From Spizellomyces punctatus DAOM BR117 (taxonomy: Eukaryota): DNA of 64,000 nt. The DNA lies in NCBI GenBank assembly GCA_000182565.2, contig KQ257472.1, one strand, 5' to 3'. The notes beneath the pieces are model-generated. The model made no database searches and had not been told where the DNA came from. It worked only from the letters and a program-made list of their open reading frames with translations. Both the position numbers and the translations under genes were made by a program. Shown here in pieces: positions 37,388 through 53,308 of the stretch (the first letter of the stretch is position 1; each line of letters starts with the position of its first letter).

Positions 37388-39300
37388 CTAAGGAAAAGTA
37401 AAGCTCTGCAACGAGCAATCTTTGTGGACATTAAGGGTTCGAAAATGCCTTCATGATACAATTTCAGAGTTTGCGAGAAAATCACGTGGAGCAACAGGCT
37501 ATCACAGTACCTCACAATGTTTTGATCAAGCGCAAAATAAGACGGTATCTTTCCCAGTCGCTTCGGATCTATATCAACGATGCGAATTTTATATCGCAGG
37601 AGGCGGGTACTACTAGGAAGCTGAATCGTCCCTTCGCCTTCGCCAGGGTCACAACGGATCCTTCCATAACTATCTTCTTCGGCTTCGGGCCACAGCGTAA
37701 TTATCACTGAGCAGTCCTTCAGGGTGGCTGACAACACAAACTCGTAAATATAATGCAGCTGTTCTGTTAGCGAACACTCCGCCCAATCACGAGGCATCTC
37801 CGCATCTTGTAGGGTAAATAATTGGTGCCCAGCCGAGACAACCTAAGACATGATAAGATCCTCACCAGGTGAAGATATTCGTCTCAGATATGTTTGCACT
37901 ATCTCATTCCACTCCGCAATTGACGGATCATGCAATTTCGTATCAAGTTCGAGCTTATCGTACCAAGGAAAAATCCCTTCAATGTCGTATTGATCCAAAT
38001 TCTGCTGATGGTACTTCAACATCTGAAGTAATGAATCCGACACAATAATTGTCGTCAAGAGATCCACCAAATGATCCACGCCTGCCTAGCAATAATGAGC
38101 CAAATCTGACAATGTTTAGGATTAGGAAGTTATCGGCCTCCGCGACTACTTACGACATTTGGCGCTTCTGATTCGCCGACAATGCGTCGAAAGAACGACT
38201 CAAGAACGCTGAACGATTTATCGATTGACTGTCCCTGAGGTGATACATCACGCACTTGCTCAATCTGTATTCTTAAGCATGTCTACAGACCTGGCCTAGC
38301 ATGATTGGCATCCCGTCCACGAAAAGCTTCAGATTATTTTGAGGAGAACGAAGCAAGGATTTCAATGATGTTCTGACGCGCTGGGGGTCTTTGGAGTACA
38401 GGTCCAGCGGACAGAAGCTGCTCTGTATATGATGTTCGTGTTTTCTGCCTTTCCAATGCTGGTGCATGCAATATCGACAAGTTGTATACTTGACTGAATG
38501 GGCCGGATTGATAACCGGGGAAACGGGCAGGAATCCCCACTTTGGCTGAATAGGGCAGGTCTTGTTACCTTTCGGCTGGAACCATAATGGGATAGAGATA
38601 ACTGTTAGGTACCTTTATTTCAACTGCAATGACCTTGGGCAAACTCTCGCTAGACTCTAGGCCGTGCGTTTCAGGATTACTTTCCGCATGGGCACGGTCA
38701 TTGATCTGTAATTCAGGTACTATAGTATGATCCGACATTAGTGCTGCCCAGGGTTGAGACGTGTCAAGGTCCTTGTGCTGTCTCGAAGGTGGGCGAACAG
38801 TTGATAGCGAATTTGATAGTGCAATAAGAAACGTCGGAGTCACCCTTATAAGTTGCTACAAAAACGCTTATTGCATCCTTATTGAAAGTATTTCCTTTAG
38901 GAAATCACTCGCCGCACTTACCATTTGGCTAATGTAACAGCTATTGATAAGCTTGCTGATGATATGCCGTTGAAAGTCGTGTTCATGCTCGAGACTAAAA
39001 ATATCGCCGTCTTCTGACACTATCCCTCGCTCATTCTGCGTCTTCCGGACCCGGAGGACGATACCAGCCTGACCATATAGATAACCATGCTTAGTCTGCC
39101 AATTCTGCTAGTATTCACTCTATTGTCGTGTTTGTCGTCTTTGGCCACATTCCCCACCAGCGCAACTGTAACAAGTGGTACCTGCATACATATTTAGGGT
39201 CCGATCCCGCATAAGAGAGCACAATATTTGCATTTCCTTCGCTCTTGTATACCCACAGCGATGGGTCTAAAAGCTCCGGAAGAGAAGTACTGATGTCCAT
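37388..39300 (-). CDS. IPK1: Inositol-pentakisphosphate 2-kinase
   Basis: YKSEGNANIV, IAVEIKPKWG, CRYCMHQ, FCPLDLYS, SPQNNLKLF, TLKDCSVII, VDIDPKRL. Confidence 0.92.
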
Positions 39301-39684
39301 TGGAGGGCAGCTGCTCACACCCAACAACAAGTGTTCTATTTGACCAGTTCGCGTACAGAGTGCATTGGAACCGATTACAGACGAAGGTCAGTTTCGCCCG
39401 TAGAACCCGGCTTGGTAAGTTGACGGTTCAGCTGCTTCCAAATCTTTCGTTGGCGTAAACAGCCGTTAAGTACAAGACCAATCTGACTTCTGCTTTCATA
39501 GGAATTGCCTTCCACCGTAAGGTGAGCTAATGGACACTCCTGGAGGACGATCTCATGCACTTGAATGACTTCATGCAATTAAATCATTGATTGGATATTT
39601 GGCTGGAATCTGACCTACTGTACGTAACAGAACACTGTCGTAGCAACAAGACCGTCGACTCAAAGCGGCTCACCTGCTGTCAAC

Positions 39685-41142
39685 ATGTCCGACGACGAAC
39701 AGCTAGAACCTCTTTCACCGACACTTCAGAATGTGCTGGACCAGCAGAGCTTGCGCTGGATGTTTGTTGGCGGTAAAGGTGGTGTTGGAAAGACGACCAC
39801 GAGGTACTGTTACTGGCCCTGCATCCTTTGAAGCATTTACGTTTGCGTAACATGCCCCGCAGCTGTTCTCTGGCTACCCAACTAGCAAAAGTGAGGGAAT
39901 CGGTTCTCCTCATATCGACGGACCCGGCACACAATCTATCCGGTATATTACTGTTCAGTGCAGTGACTGACATGCGCCATGTTGATCGTCGTCTTCTGCA
40001 GACGCGTTTGGACAGAAATTCTCAAAAACGCCGACTCTCGTGAATGGATACGACAATCTCTACGCCATGGTACGGCGCTGCGAATAAGGATCTCCTAATT
40101 TGAGAGTTGACTTCTTGGCGATCTGCAGGAAATTGACCCTACGGGAAGCATTCAGGAAATGATTGAAAATGGTAAGGCAAGCTAGAACGGATAAGATCGC
40201 CTGCCGCTGTACTCATTCAAAGGGTAGCTCAAGAATCAGGAGTACAATCGCATCTGCAGGATATGGCGTTCGCGATACCCGGCGTTGATGAAGCCATGAG
40301 TTTTGCTGAAGTCATGAAGTACGTAATATGTGCCATCCGCTCATCATATGATCGCTCAACTTTACCTGGTCCGCTCTAGACTGGTGAAGTCAATGGATTA
40401 CTCTTGCATTGTTTTTGACACAGCCCCAACTGGCCACACCCTCCGTTTCCTGTCATTCCCCACGGTGTTGGAGAAAGCTCTTGGGAAGCTCTCCCAGTTT
40501 GGAGGCAGATTTGGTCCCATGTTTCAGCAGGTAATTACAACCAAAGCCTGTAACCTATCAACATTATTTTAATGGCTATCTGTTCTTTAGATGAGCGGAA
40601 TGATGGGAATGTCGCCCAATCAGGAGGATATATTTCAAAAGCTGGAAGGTATGCGGACGGTAATTCAAGAGGTCAATGCGCAATTTCAAGATCCTGTAAG
40701 TGCGTAATAGTGTGCGTACGATCCACACGCACTAATACTGGAGGTGAATCGTAGGAGAAGACAACATTCATCTGTGTTTGCATCTCTGAATTCTTGTCAC
40801 TCTACGAAACGGAGCGCATGATTCAGGAGTTAACGTCGTTCCATATTGATACGCACAATATTGTTGTCAATCAGCTTTTGCATCCTCCAAAGGGTATGTA
40901 GCTTTCATCCGTCACTTTGTTCGGTCAATTCCCTACTGAACGTCATTGTAAAAAAAGGGTCCACATGCGAACATTGCTCTGTGCGGTCAAAAATGCAAGC
41001 CAAATATCTGGAACAAATACACGAGTTGTACGAAGATTTTCATATTGTAGAAATGCCCTTGCTTACCAAGGAGATACGAGGGGTAGACAGCATCAAAGAA
41101 TTTTCTGAGCTGCTGGTTCATCCTTACCAGCCATCTGAATAA
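39685..41142 (+). CDS. GET3: Tail-anchored protein targeting ATPase GET3/ASNA1
   Basis: [67 protein letters not shown] and CEHC (CxxC). Confidence 0.97.
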
Positions 41143-41229
41143 ATAACTGTCAGCAACGGTGGCGATCGCCACGAAGATCACAGGCTTCTCCCATCCAGGC
41201 CATCCAAATATAACCTCTAAATAGGACAT

Positions 41230-41591
41230 TTATTGATCATAATACTTCTGCTTCAAATGCCTGTACTTTTTGAGAAACCAGAGAGCTTCTAGTTCTTTGA
41301 GGACAAATTCTCCTTTGATGTGAAGGTCAGATGTATACGCCTCAAACTTCTGGACGAGTCTTAACTCACCCTGGCGGAGAGCCTTTCGGATGTCTTCGGG
41401 ATCTGACAAATCCCGCTTTTTAAGAAAGGCTGCTTTCAACCGCGCCCTGTAGAACTCAAAACCGGCTGGATACTCTCTACCAATAAATAGTAACTTGTGT
41501 CATCCAGTTAGGCTTGTAAGCTCGAAACAGCATCGTCCGCAATGCTGCCTACCTGCTTGTACAGGCTTCGCACTTGACCTCTCAAAGACAT
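41230..41591 (-). CDS. LYRM5: LYR-motif protein 5 / ETF regulatory factor
   Basis: MSLRGQVRSLYKQ|LLFIGREYPAG...RLKAAFLK...GEFVLKELEALWFLKKYRHLKQKYY. Confidence 0.88.
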
Positions 41592-41776
41592 GTCGTGAAT
41601 GTTCCGGCCACAGTGTTACGGTATGGTTGGTTTACGACCCTAGATCGTCATGGCTTAAAAAGGAAATATGAAATACATGATGACAGCAGTCATTTATTTT
41701 TTTTTTGGACGTGTTTTGCACTCCTTGCCAAGGGTTGAACGCTGTCCCAGTGCGGAAAAGTGCAACTCTGGTGAAC

Positions 41777-43452
41777 ATGGCGGACAATCAGGCGCTTCCA
41801 GTATTTGTAGGAATAAGCTTCGGTACTCTTTATTCCTCCGTGGCGATTATCGGCAAGGACGGTTGGGGGGAAACCATTGCCAACGAAGATGGGGACCGAA
41901 ACATCCCGTCGTACTATGCTTTCACTGGGCATGGCGAGGAGCTGGCAGGGTCGCAAGCAAAAGTCCAGGCTATATCCAATCCCACTGGAACGATAGTGCA
42001 ATTTCGGAACCTCTTGGGCAAAAAGTTCGTGCTGCTTGTGATGTAGCCAAATCTAAAATATACTAATTTAGAATCATTATCAATAGGTTCGACGACGAGG
42101 AGGTACAAGAGCACTCGCGAAATCTCCTAATGTCCATTGTTCCATCCCCGATAGACTCTACCTTACCCACGTACGAAGTGGAGACCTCGTCGGATCTTGA
42201 AGCCGACGAGCCCAAAAAGGAATATCATACCGTCAATGCCGTGACTGCAAAGTACTTGCGCAAACTTAAGGAAACTGCGGAGAATTTTCTGGGGAAGCTT
42301 GTTGAGGGATGCGTAATCTCGACGCCTATTCATTTCGAGGAAGTGCAGCGGGTTGCTCTAATTAACGCCGCACAAGATGCGGGATTTGCCAAAGTTTTCA
42401 CTATCCATGAACCAATCGCGGCAGCTATTGCTTTTGATATCGCGCAACAGTACCGCGGAGGTTCTTCAAAACGGGATAAGCTGGTAGTAGTACTCGATCT
42501 TGGCGGACATCAATTCAATGTGACGCTGCTCTCCGCCAATGACGGATTGTACACCGTGGTCAAGTCTGTGGAAGACCCGCAGCTAGGTGGTGTCCATTTT
42601 GATGAGATCTTGATGGACTTTGTACAACAAGAATTCCGTCGGAAAACCAAGCTGGATATTTCCGGCAACAGGCGGGCTCGTGCGAAGCTGCAGAAGGCTT
42701 GTGAGCAAACTAAACGAGCGCTAACTCGGCAAGACAATGCTCCATGTTCAGTGGAAAGTCTATATGAGGGCATGGACTATCACGGTACCGTGCCCCGTGG
42801 TCGATTTGAAATGTTGGCTGAACCACTATACGCTCGATGCGTAGATGTGATTAAAAGGTCGTTGTCGGAGGCGGGAGTTGGGGTAGAGGAAATTGATGAG
42901 GTACTACTGGTTGGCGGAGCAAGCCGGATGCCCCGGTTCCAGACAGTTGCGAAAGGTGTTTTTCCGTCTGCGAATCTTCGTATGGATGTCGAGCCTGACG
43001 AGGCCATTTCGCGTGGATGTGCCACCCAGGCAGCCATAATCTTGTCAACACCTCCGAACATCGACTACGCTTCGTCCGCAAACAGCCATGACGTTGTCAA
43101 TTGCATGCATTTGAGTCAAAGTCTTGGCCTGGAGCTACCAGATGGGGCATTTTTGGCCATAATACCGAAAAGAGTCCCCATTCCTGCGCGTCGTACAATG
43201 TCGTTCGGGGTACAAAATGGACAGCGCGAATTACTACTTTCTGTCTACGAGGGAGACCATGCGGTGGCGAAGGAGAACGTATTAGTTGCGGAGGTGGTTC
43301 TAGCGGACTTGCCCGAAGACATGCCTATAGGGCAAGCCTCTGTCGATGTCACATTCACTGTGGAGAAAGGAGGTGCATTTACAGTTGTCGCGAAAGAATC
43401 TACCAAGGGGACAATTGTGAAGGCCAAAGTGCGTCAACACAGTCAGAGATGA
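41777..43452 (+). CDS. SSZ1: Atypical Hsp70 of the ribosome-associated complex (Ssz1/HSPA14)
   Basis: VGISFGTLYSSVA instead of GIDLGTT; IANEDGDRNIPS; CSVESLYEGMDY; LLVGGASRMP; ends after the beta substrate-binding domain with no lid. One intron. Confidence 0.88.
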
Positions 43453-43553
43453 TATTGATGCCGTTTTCCACATAAACAATTGTTTATATAGAGCAAGGGA
43501 ATAATGTAATTTTAAGGAGTTTATGCAAATCAAATGACACGACGAAGGGTGTC

Positions 43554-46889
<3,336 letters not shown>

Positions 46890-47072
46890 TGTGCTACGAA
46901 TATGATTGACCGTGAGTCGGACAGAAAGATGCAAGAAGATTCGTGCTGGAAGTGCAGATCCGCGTCGGCCTACTTCCTAGTCTGACCTGCCTACCAGCTG
47001 TGCCACATTGCAATAAGGATATACGACCACAATGGAATCAAACATGGCTTCTTCTACGATGAACACCAAACT

Positions 47073-47375
47073 CTACATATCAGTAAACAAACGCACATTA
47101 ACAAAATGCTTATTAGCTGACATGCGAATTAATGATCGAGAATCAATGCCAACTTCCCACATCACCTCTCATGCATAATCTTTAATAATTTCCCAACTCT
47201 CCTCAACCGATATCCAATATCCCGTGACTAACAACTCTCAAAACCTTTGCATCAAGTTCTGTAACATTCGCTCTCATATGGTAATCCTAAATCATATTAA
47301 GCTTGCAATCTCATAATATATATGGTGTTTGGCTATCCGGTACTCCAATTCTAAATAATATCTTTCTCGGTAAGC
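47073..47375 (-). pseudogene. AT-rich decayed reading frame, 101 codons, interrupted only by TGA
   Basis: Frame bounded by TAA (47378-47376) and TAG (47075-47073), with four internal TGA codons and no internal TAA/TAG. Confidence 0.4.
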
Positions 47376-47520
47376 TTACAAGCTTGTAAAAATCAAGGAT
47401 GGTAATGCATCATAAACTCTGCAACATTCATATACAATTGATATTATGGCTAAACATAGTACTTGGTGGTAGAGTGGTGATGCCTACTATAAATAAAAGG
47501 CAACCACACCAAAATCCATA

Positions 47521-50500
47521 TTATGTAAATCTGGTCTCTGTCTGCTTTAATGCACCTTCCATCATTATCATCTTACTCGTGAGCTCCTGTCAATGAGAAC
47601 AAATGTCAGAGTTGCGGAGATATCAATAAAACAATTGTGCAGACACACTTCTAGTAATTTCTGCATTTTCGTGTTGATTTGGGCTAGCACTACTGGGTCC
47701 ATTCGCTGCATTGCTGATGTACTTGAGAGAATATTCAAATTGAAGGTCTGAAGTCGTGTTTGTGCTCGGTCATTGGATGTTCATAAAAAGAACGAAAAAA
47801 GAGCCGCCCCACACCTGAGCTACTTTCGGCTTCTCATCTGGCTGAAGCTTTTGAGCGTGGTCTCGAAGTATGTATTGTCTCAGGATGTTCGACTTTTGTT
47901 CCAATTCTTCAGTCATCTTGTGCAATCGCTCGCTTGTACTCCGTAGCTGGAAGCGAATGCAAGATTGTCTAGAGACCGTTGGAATCACCTATGAAAAAGG
48001 TATACCTCATCTTCCGCACTTTTGGTGCGCTTGTTCAGCATTTCATTTTCTTGTGCCAGATGAAGTAAGTCATCTGTTAACTGTCGAACAGGCAAGTCAG
48101 TTCTTGGCGATCCCGCAATGAATTTGTGTGCACGGATATACCCGCTCGACTTTGGGAACTCCTAAGCTTTCACCCACGGGTACCGGTTTTGTAGGGCGGC
48201 TTAAGTCCATGTTACTATTTCGTGTCGATGGCGATTTTTCGTCCTGGCTAGGTACTTCCAAATGGAATAACAGTTGAGTTACAGGTATAGCCAATGCTAC
48301 ACACGTGCGTACCTAAGCCCTCGACGTTATCCTCCTGGAATTCGCGATGCTTACGCTCCTTCGATAATTGCTTTTGCAGATCTTTCACCTTTTGATGAAT
48401 AGCTCTTAATAGCGTTACCATACTCTAGCAGGCTCTATCCTACCCACAATCTGTGCACTCTTCCGCTCCAAAATCTTCATTTCACTCTCAGCTTGCTTTA
48501 GCTTCTTCGCCAGAATCTCGTTTTCGGATTGAAATCTCGCCTTTTCTGTTTCTATTGCATTTAGACGGACTTCTGTATCTGCTCGAGCGTTTTCTACATC
48601 CTGGACATGAGATTCGCGTGCTGCTTCCAAGGAAGCTATCCGCTCTTTCAACGGGGTAATTTGTGCTTGAATATCACATCGCTCTTTCTCAAGACGAGCA
48701 ATGGACTTCTTAAGCGTCGCTTCGCTTGTTTGGAGCTCATCAATCCTCGCCTTCAGCTTCCTGTTACCATCTTCTTTGTCCTGCAATGATTTGGCAGCCC
48801 GGTCGAGTGATCCCCGAGCGACTTCAAGCTCGGCCACCAGAATGTCATGCCGTGATTGAAGAGAGCTGATCTGTTCTTTCAATGGTTCAACGTCAACCCG
48901 ATTATGCACCTCAAATTCTCGTAACTTGGTCAGCTCTTTCTGCTTGTCCTCCAATTGTCGTGTAAGATCCGAAATAGTGGCCTTGTGTTCGTCTTGTAAC
49001 TTAGCATTTTCTGTGCGTATTGAGGCAATCTCCTGCTCTAGTGTCTTGATTTTGCGTAGGCTACCTCCCAGCTCCTCCCCTTTAGATATGATCTCCCTTT
49101 CCAGTTTCCTCTGCATTTCGACAAAGTCCTTCTTGTGCTTCTCGTATTCACTTAAAATTTTTTGCTTTTCCTTTTGCTCTTTTTTCACTTTATCGTCAAG
49201 TTCTATTCGTTGCTTCCTAACTCTCTCATCAACTTCCAAAGCCACTTTCTTTTCAGCGGTGGCAGATACTTCTTGGAGCTGCTCGAGTTTTGCATTCAAG
49301 CTTTTCACTTGGGTGTCATTTGCTTCTTTCATTTCATTGATTTTGGTTGTTAAACGAGCGATTTCTGCGTTTTTTTCCGCTATAACCGCATCTGCTGCAG
49401 TTTTGTGAATATTTTGACGCCCCACCTCCACTTCAAGTTCCTGCTTGCATTTTATTGCATCAGATAGTTCGTCCGCTTTAGATTTCATTAAAGCCTCTGA
49501 ATTGCTTTTCCAATCCTGCATAGTACGCTCATGCTCTTCCTTGACTTTTGCGAGTTCTGTTTTCAAGACATCTTCTGCTATCTTCAACTCCTCATTATGT
49601 CTGCGTTCAAATTCCTTCTTCAGAAGGTCAATCTCTACGTCTTTGCGACCTTCCACCTCCCGCTTGACGTCGTCAGACGCTTGCGCAGTGCGCTCAATCA
49701 ATTTGCGCTCGTGCTCATGCTTGATCTCCTCCAGTTCCTTTATTTTATCGTCAACCACGCCAGAGAGACTTGCAATACGAGCATTTGCATCGTTTAGATT
49801 GTTTTGACACTGGGTCAATTCCAATCTGCACTTGACCAATTCGGCCTCCTTGTCCTCAATAGTAGACTGAAATGTATTCATTTCTTCCCGCAGATTCTTT
49901 ACAGTGCTCTCGAGTTCCTCCCGCTTGACGTCGTCAGACGCTTGCGCAGTGTGCTCAATCAATTTGCGCTCGTGTTCATGCTTGATCCCCTCCAGTTCCT
50001 TGATTTTATCGTCAACCACGCCAGAGAGACTTGCAATACGAGCATTTGCATCCTTTAGATTGTTTTGACACTGGGTCAATTCCAACTTGCATTTGACCAA
50101 TTCGGCCTCCTTGTCCTCAATAGTAGACTGAAATGTATTCATTTCGTCCCGCAGATTCTTTACAGTGCTCTCGAGTTCCTTGAGTGCTTCGCGGTACTCT
50201 GCATTTTCACGATGTGCCGTTTGCAATGCGGTTTGCAGGCTGAGTAATTGACCTTCCTGCTCGTCCTTCCCCGTTTGTGCATCATGTAAGTGTAATGCAT
50301 TCTGCTCCTCCATTGCCAATCGTCCTACTTCCTGCAAGGGTACCTCCCCGGCATCGGTGGGATTCAGTACTTCCATTTGCTCGCTCAATTGCGATCTTTG
50401 CCTGGTTTCCGTTTCGCCATCTTCTGAACTGCCTTTTACCTCCTCCAACAGTTGTGTTTCTCGGGTGGCAGTCGCCTGTTTAACCTCGTCAGTGGTCGAC

Positions 50501-51634
50501 TTCAGCGTATCGGTGGGTATTTTCGATTGAATGGACTCATCCAAAAGTGATTTGACTTGTTCTTCGAGCTCCTTAACACGACTTTCACAAATATCCCGCT
50601 GATGGCAAAGCTCTTTCTGAGTGCTCTCACTTTCTTCCGCCCGAGCCTTCCAGCTTGCAACTTCCTCTAGGGTTGCATTAAGCCGCTGCTCAAGCAGATG
50701 AGTCTGGTCTGTCGCAAGTGTTGTTTGTGCTGATATTTTGCGCAACTCTTCCATTTGGGCCCGCATCTCTGCCGTCTCCTTCAGCGACGCACTTAACTGC
50801 TCTTCCAATTTCAGGCGTTCAGTACGAAGGCTTTCTATCTCCTTGGAATTTTCGGGAGCAGGTCCCACCGCAGCTGTGGTGACTCCCCTGTTCCACCATT
50901 TGGAAGTCGCTGCTGCGGTAGATCCAGGTACGTTTCCGGGCGTTGACTGAATCACCTCCCCCCCAGTATGTACCGAGTTATGCTCTTCCTTGTTTTCCAG
51001 AAGAGGCAGTGCGGTTTCGGAGGATGTGTTGACTTTGGTGGCCACGGGAACTGCCCCAGAATTATTAGCGGTTCCTCCAGTTCCACGGTTCCACCAAGAT
51101 CGAGCCCCACTTGCTGCAGTATGTCCTTGGTTTGCCTCTGCAGCCTTTCGCTTTTCTTCGAGGGCCTTGAATTCATTAACCACCCTAGTAGCATCCTCCA
51201 AAGATTCCGCCAGATGTGCTTTTTCCGCACGTAAATCGCGTACTGTTGTTTCTAATGCCTTTACTTCTGCGCGAAGAATCTCCAAGCCAGCAGTAACTTC
51301 AGTTGCTGGTTGAATAACGGAATACGGTGGTGGGGGATTAGCAGAATCATGGCCATGTGAGTTTTGGGAGCTTGTGAAACTAGCCAGTTTCTCTTCGAGT
51401 TGCCGGCGTTGTAGGTCACTTTGAGCGACTATTTGATGGATGTTTTCTTTCAAGGCTTGATTCTAACCGATGCACTGCCATTAGTTAGGAACTGATAGCT
51501 ACCGTCATCGAGCTGTAATGCACCTGCAGCTTTTGGTCACTGAGTACTTCTAGCTCGAGCTTCAACCTTGCATTTTCTTCCATGCACTGTTGCAATGCAC
51601 GCGAGTCTTTCGACTTAGCGACAACGCCTGGCAT
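47521..51634 (-). CDS. Long coiled-coil protein, CCDC186/GRIPAP1-like
   Basis: 1012-aa core exon. C-terminal exons ERKSAQI|VKDLQKQL, KMTEELEQKSNILRQYILRD and QINTKMQKLLEE resemble the conserved C-terminus of CCDC186/GRIPAP1 (KKTKIIQSYILRE...EINRKLQAVLED). Confidence 0.7.
49656..50180. repeat. Tandem duplication, 2 x 261 bp, in frame within the coiled-coil gene
   Basis: cctcccgcttgacgtcgtcagacgc begins at both 49656 and 49917. The 87-aa unit ELESTVKNLR...ASDDVKRE occurs twice, with about 9 substitutions by manual alignment. Confidence 0.97.
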
Positions 51635-52132
51635 TGTTTATGTTTTAGGTCAGGTGCCATGATCGCAAGAGAAAAAGTAACCAACCATTGATTCTCTTCA
51701 GTTCCTTCTCGGTATCCAATTTCTCCTTCTCTGCTTTGTGACGTGCTGCTCTCTCTTGTTCAAGCTCCGTTGCCAGTGCCGTTATCTTATGTTGCAGTTC
51801 AGATGCTTCATTTTGCGCCTTGCCGAAACCAGCATTTACGAAATTCAGTTATCCGCCCTGATATGTACGCGCATATTCGCATCATCCATCTTCACGTACT
51901 GTCAATGTGTTAGCCGGTATAGACTCTACATCCGCCATTTCCCCTATATTCGGTGCTGCAAGAGTGTGAGGTTTGAGCTGGCCTGCAAGGTCGCGTCTGC
52001 CAACGTAAGCCGGTTGGGTTCCATTTTGCCTAAAACGAGTGGGTTGCCATGGTTCCGGTCGAATCGGGAAACGTCATGCAACAGCGAGAACTTGTCCTCC
52101 CAAGTCGACGCTGGAACATTTGACACACAGTA

Positions 52133-53156
52133 ATGTCTACAGCGGCATTAGAGTCCCTTGCCCGCTGGGCTGTACCGGTCGGTGCACTGGTTGCCGGATT
52201 ACAGAGTAGCATGTACAATGGTAATCGGCAAGTACCTACCTTTACTTCCCCCGAAGTATCTAACTTCGTTTTCAGTTGAAGGAGGGCATCGTGCAGTCAT
52301 CTTTGACCGCCTCCGTGGGGTCCTTCCTGTAGTCGTCCCCGAAGGCACACACTTCCTTGTCCCCTGGTTGCAGAAGGCCATTAATTTTGACGTCCGAACA
52401 AAGCCTCGTAATATCTCCACAACAACCGGCTCAAAAGACATGCAAATGGTGTCCCTAACTCTGCGAGTCTTACATCGGCCCGAACTTTCTCGAATCCCCA
52501 CTATCTATCAAAGTCTCGGTCCAGACTATGATGATAGGGTTCTGCCTAGTATTGGGAATGAAGTCTTGAAGAGTATCGTGGCACAATTTGATGCCAGTGA
52601 GTTGATCACTCAGCGTGACCAGGTTAGGAAATGTCTCTTGTCGTAGATCTACGGTAGTTGCAGCGTTGTTAACGACTTGCCTCTATCTATCATAGGTCTC
52701 TCTTCGTATCCGCGAGGAATTGATGAAGCGCGCTAGAGAATTCAATATTTTGTTGGACGACGTGTCCATCGTACGTAGCTCCTAATTGAATCACGTCCTG
52801 ACGTTGAACTCATCACTCTAATGTATATGTAGACACATTTGACATTTGGTCGAGAATTTACTGAAGCTGTTGAGCAAAAGGTAATAGCGCAACAAGAAGC
52901 CGAACGCGCAAGATTTGTGGTGGAGAAGGCGGAGCAAGAAAAGCTAGCGAGTATTATTCGCGCCGAGGGAGAATCTCAAGCCGCACAATTATTGTCAGAT
53001 GCGTATAAGAAAAGCGGCCAAGCTCATTTGGAATTGAGGAGAATTGAGACCAGCAAAGAGATTGCCGCGACACTTGCTAAGGCTAGGAACATCACATATC
53101 TGCCGGGGGGAGGGGGCAGTAACGGAGCGAATTTGTTGTTGAATCTCGGGCAGTAA
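52133..53156 (+). CDS. PHB1: Prohibitin 1
   Basis: [84 protein letters not shown]. Confidence 0.96.
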
Positions 53157-53308
53157 CAGATCTCTGTGTATTACAATAAAGAGATATGTAATGATGCAAA
53201 AGTCAGAACACACATATAAACACACAGTGGGATCAAACATGTGACTTTGTCCGAGATCGCATGCAGTAACCGGATTACTTTACTCCTGGCGAATTGCGCT
53301 GTTGAGAT

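Noticed and set aside
48926..49807. Long Ser/Phe-rich plus-strand ORFs (and similar antisense ORFs across the window)
   Set aside because: These are antisense shadows of E/K-rich coiled-coil or other real coding sequence, with no independent coding signal.
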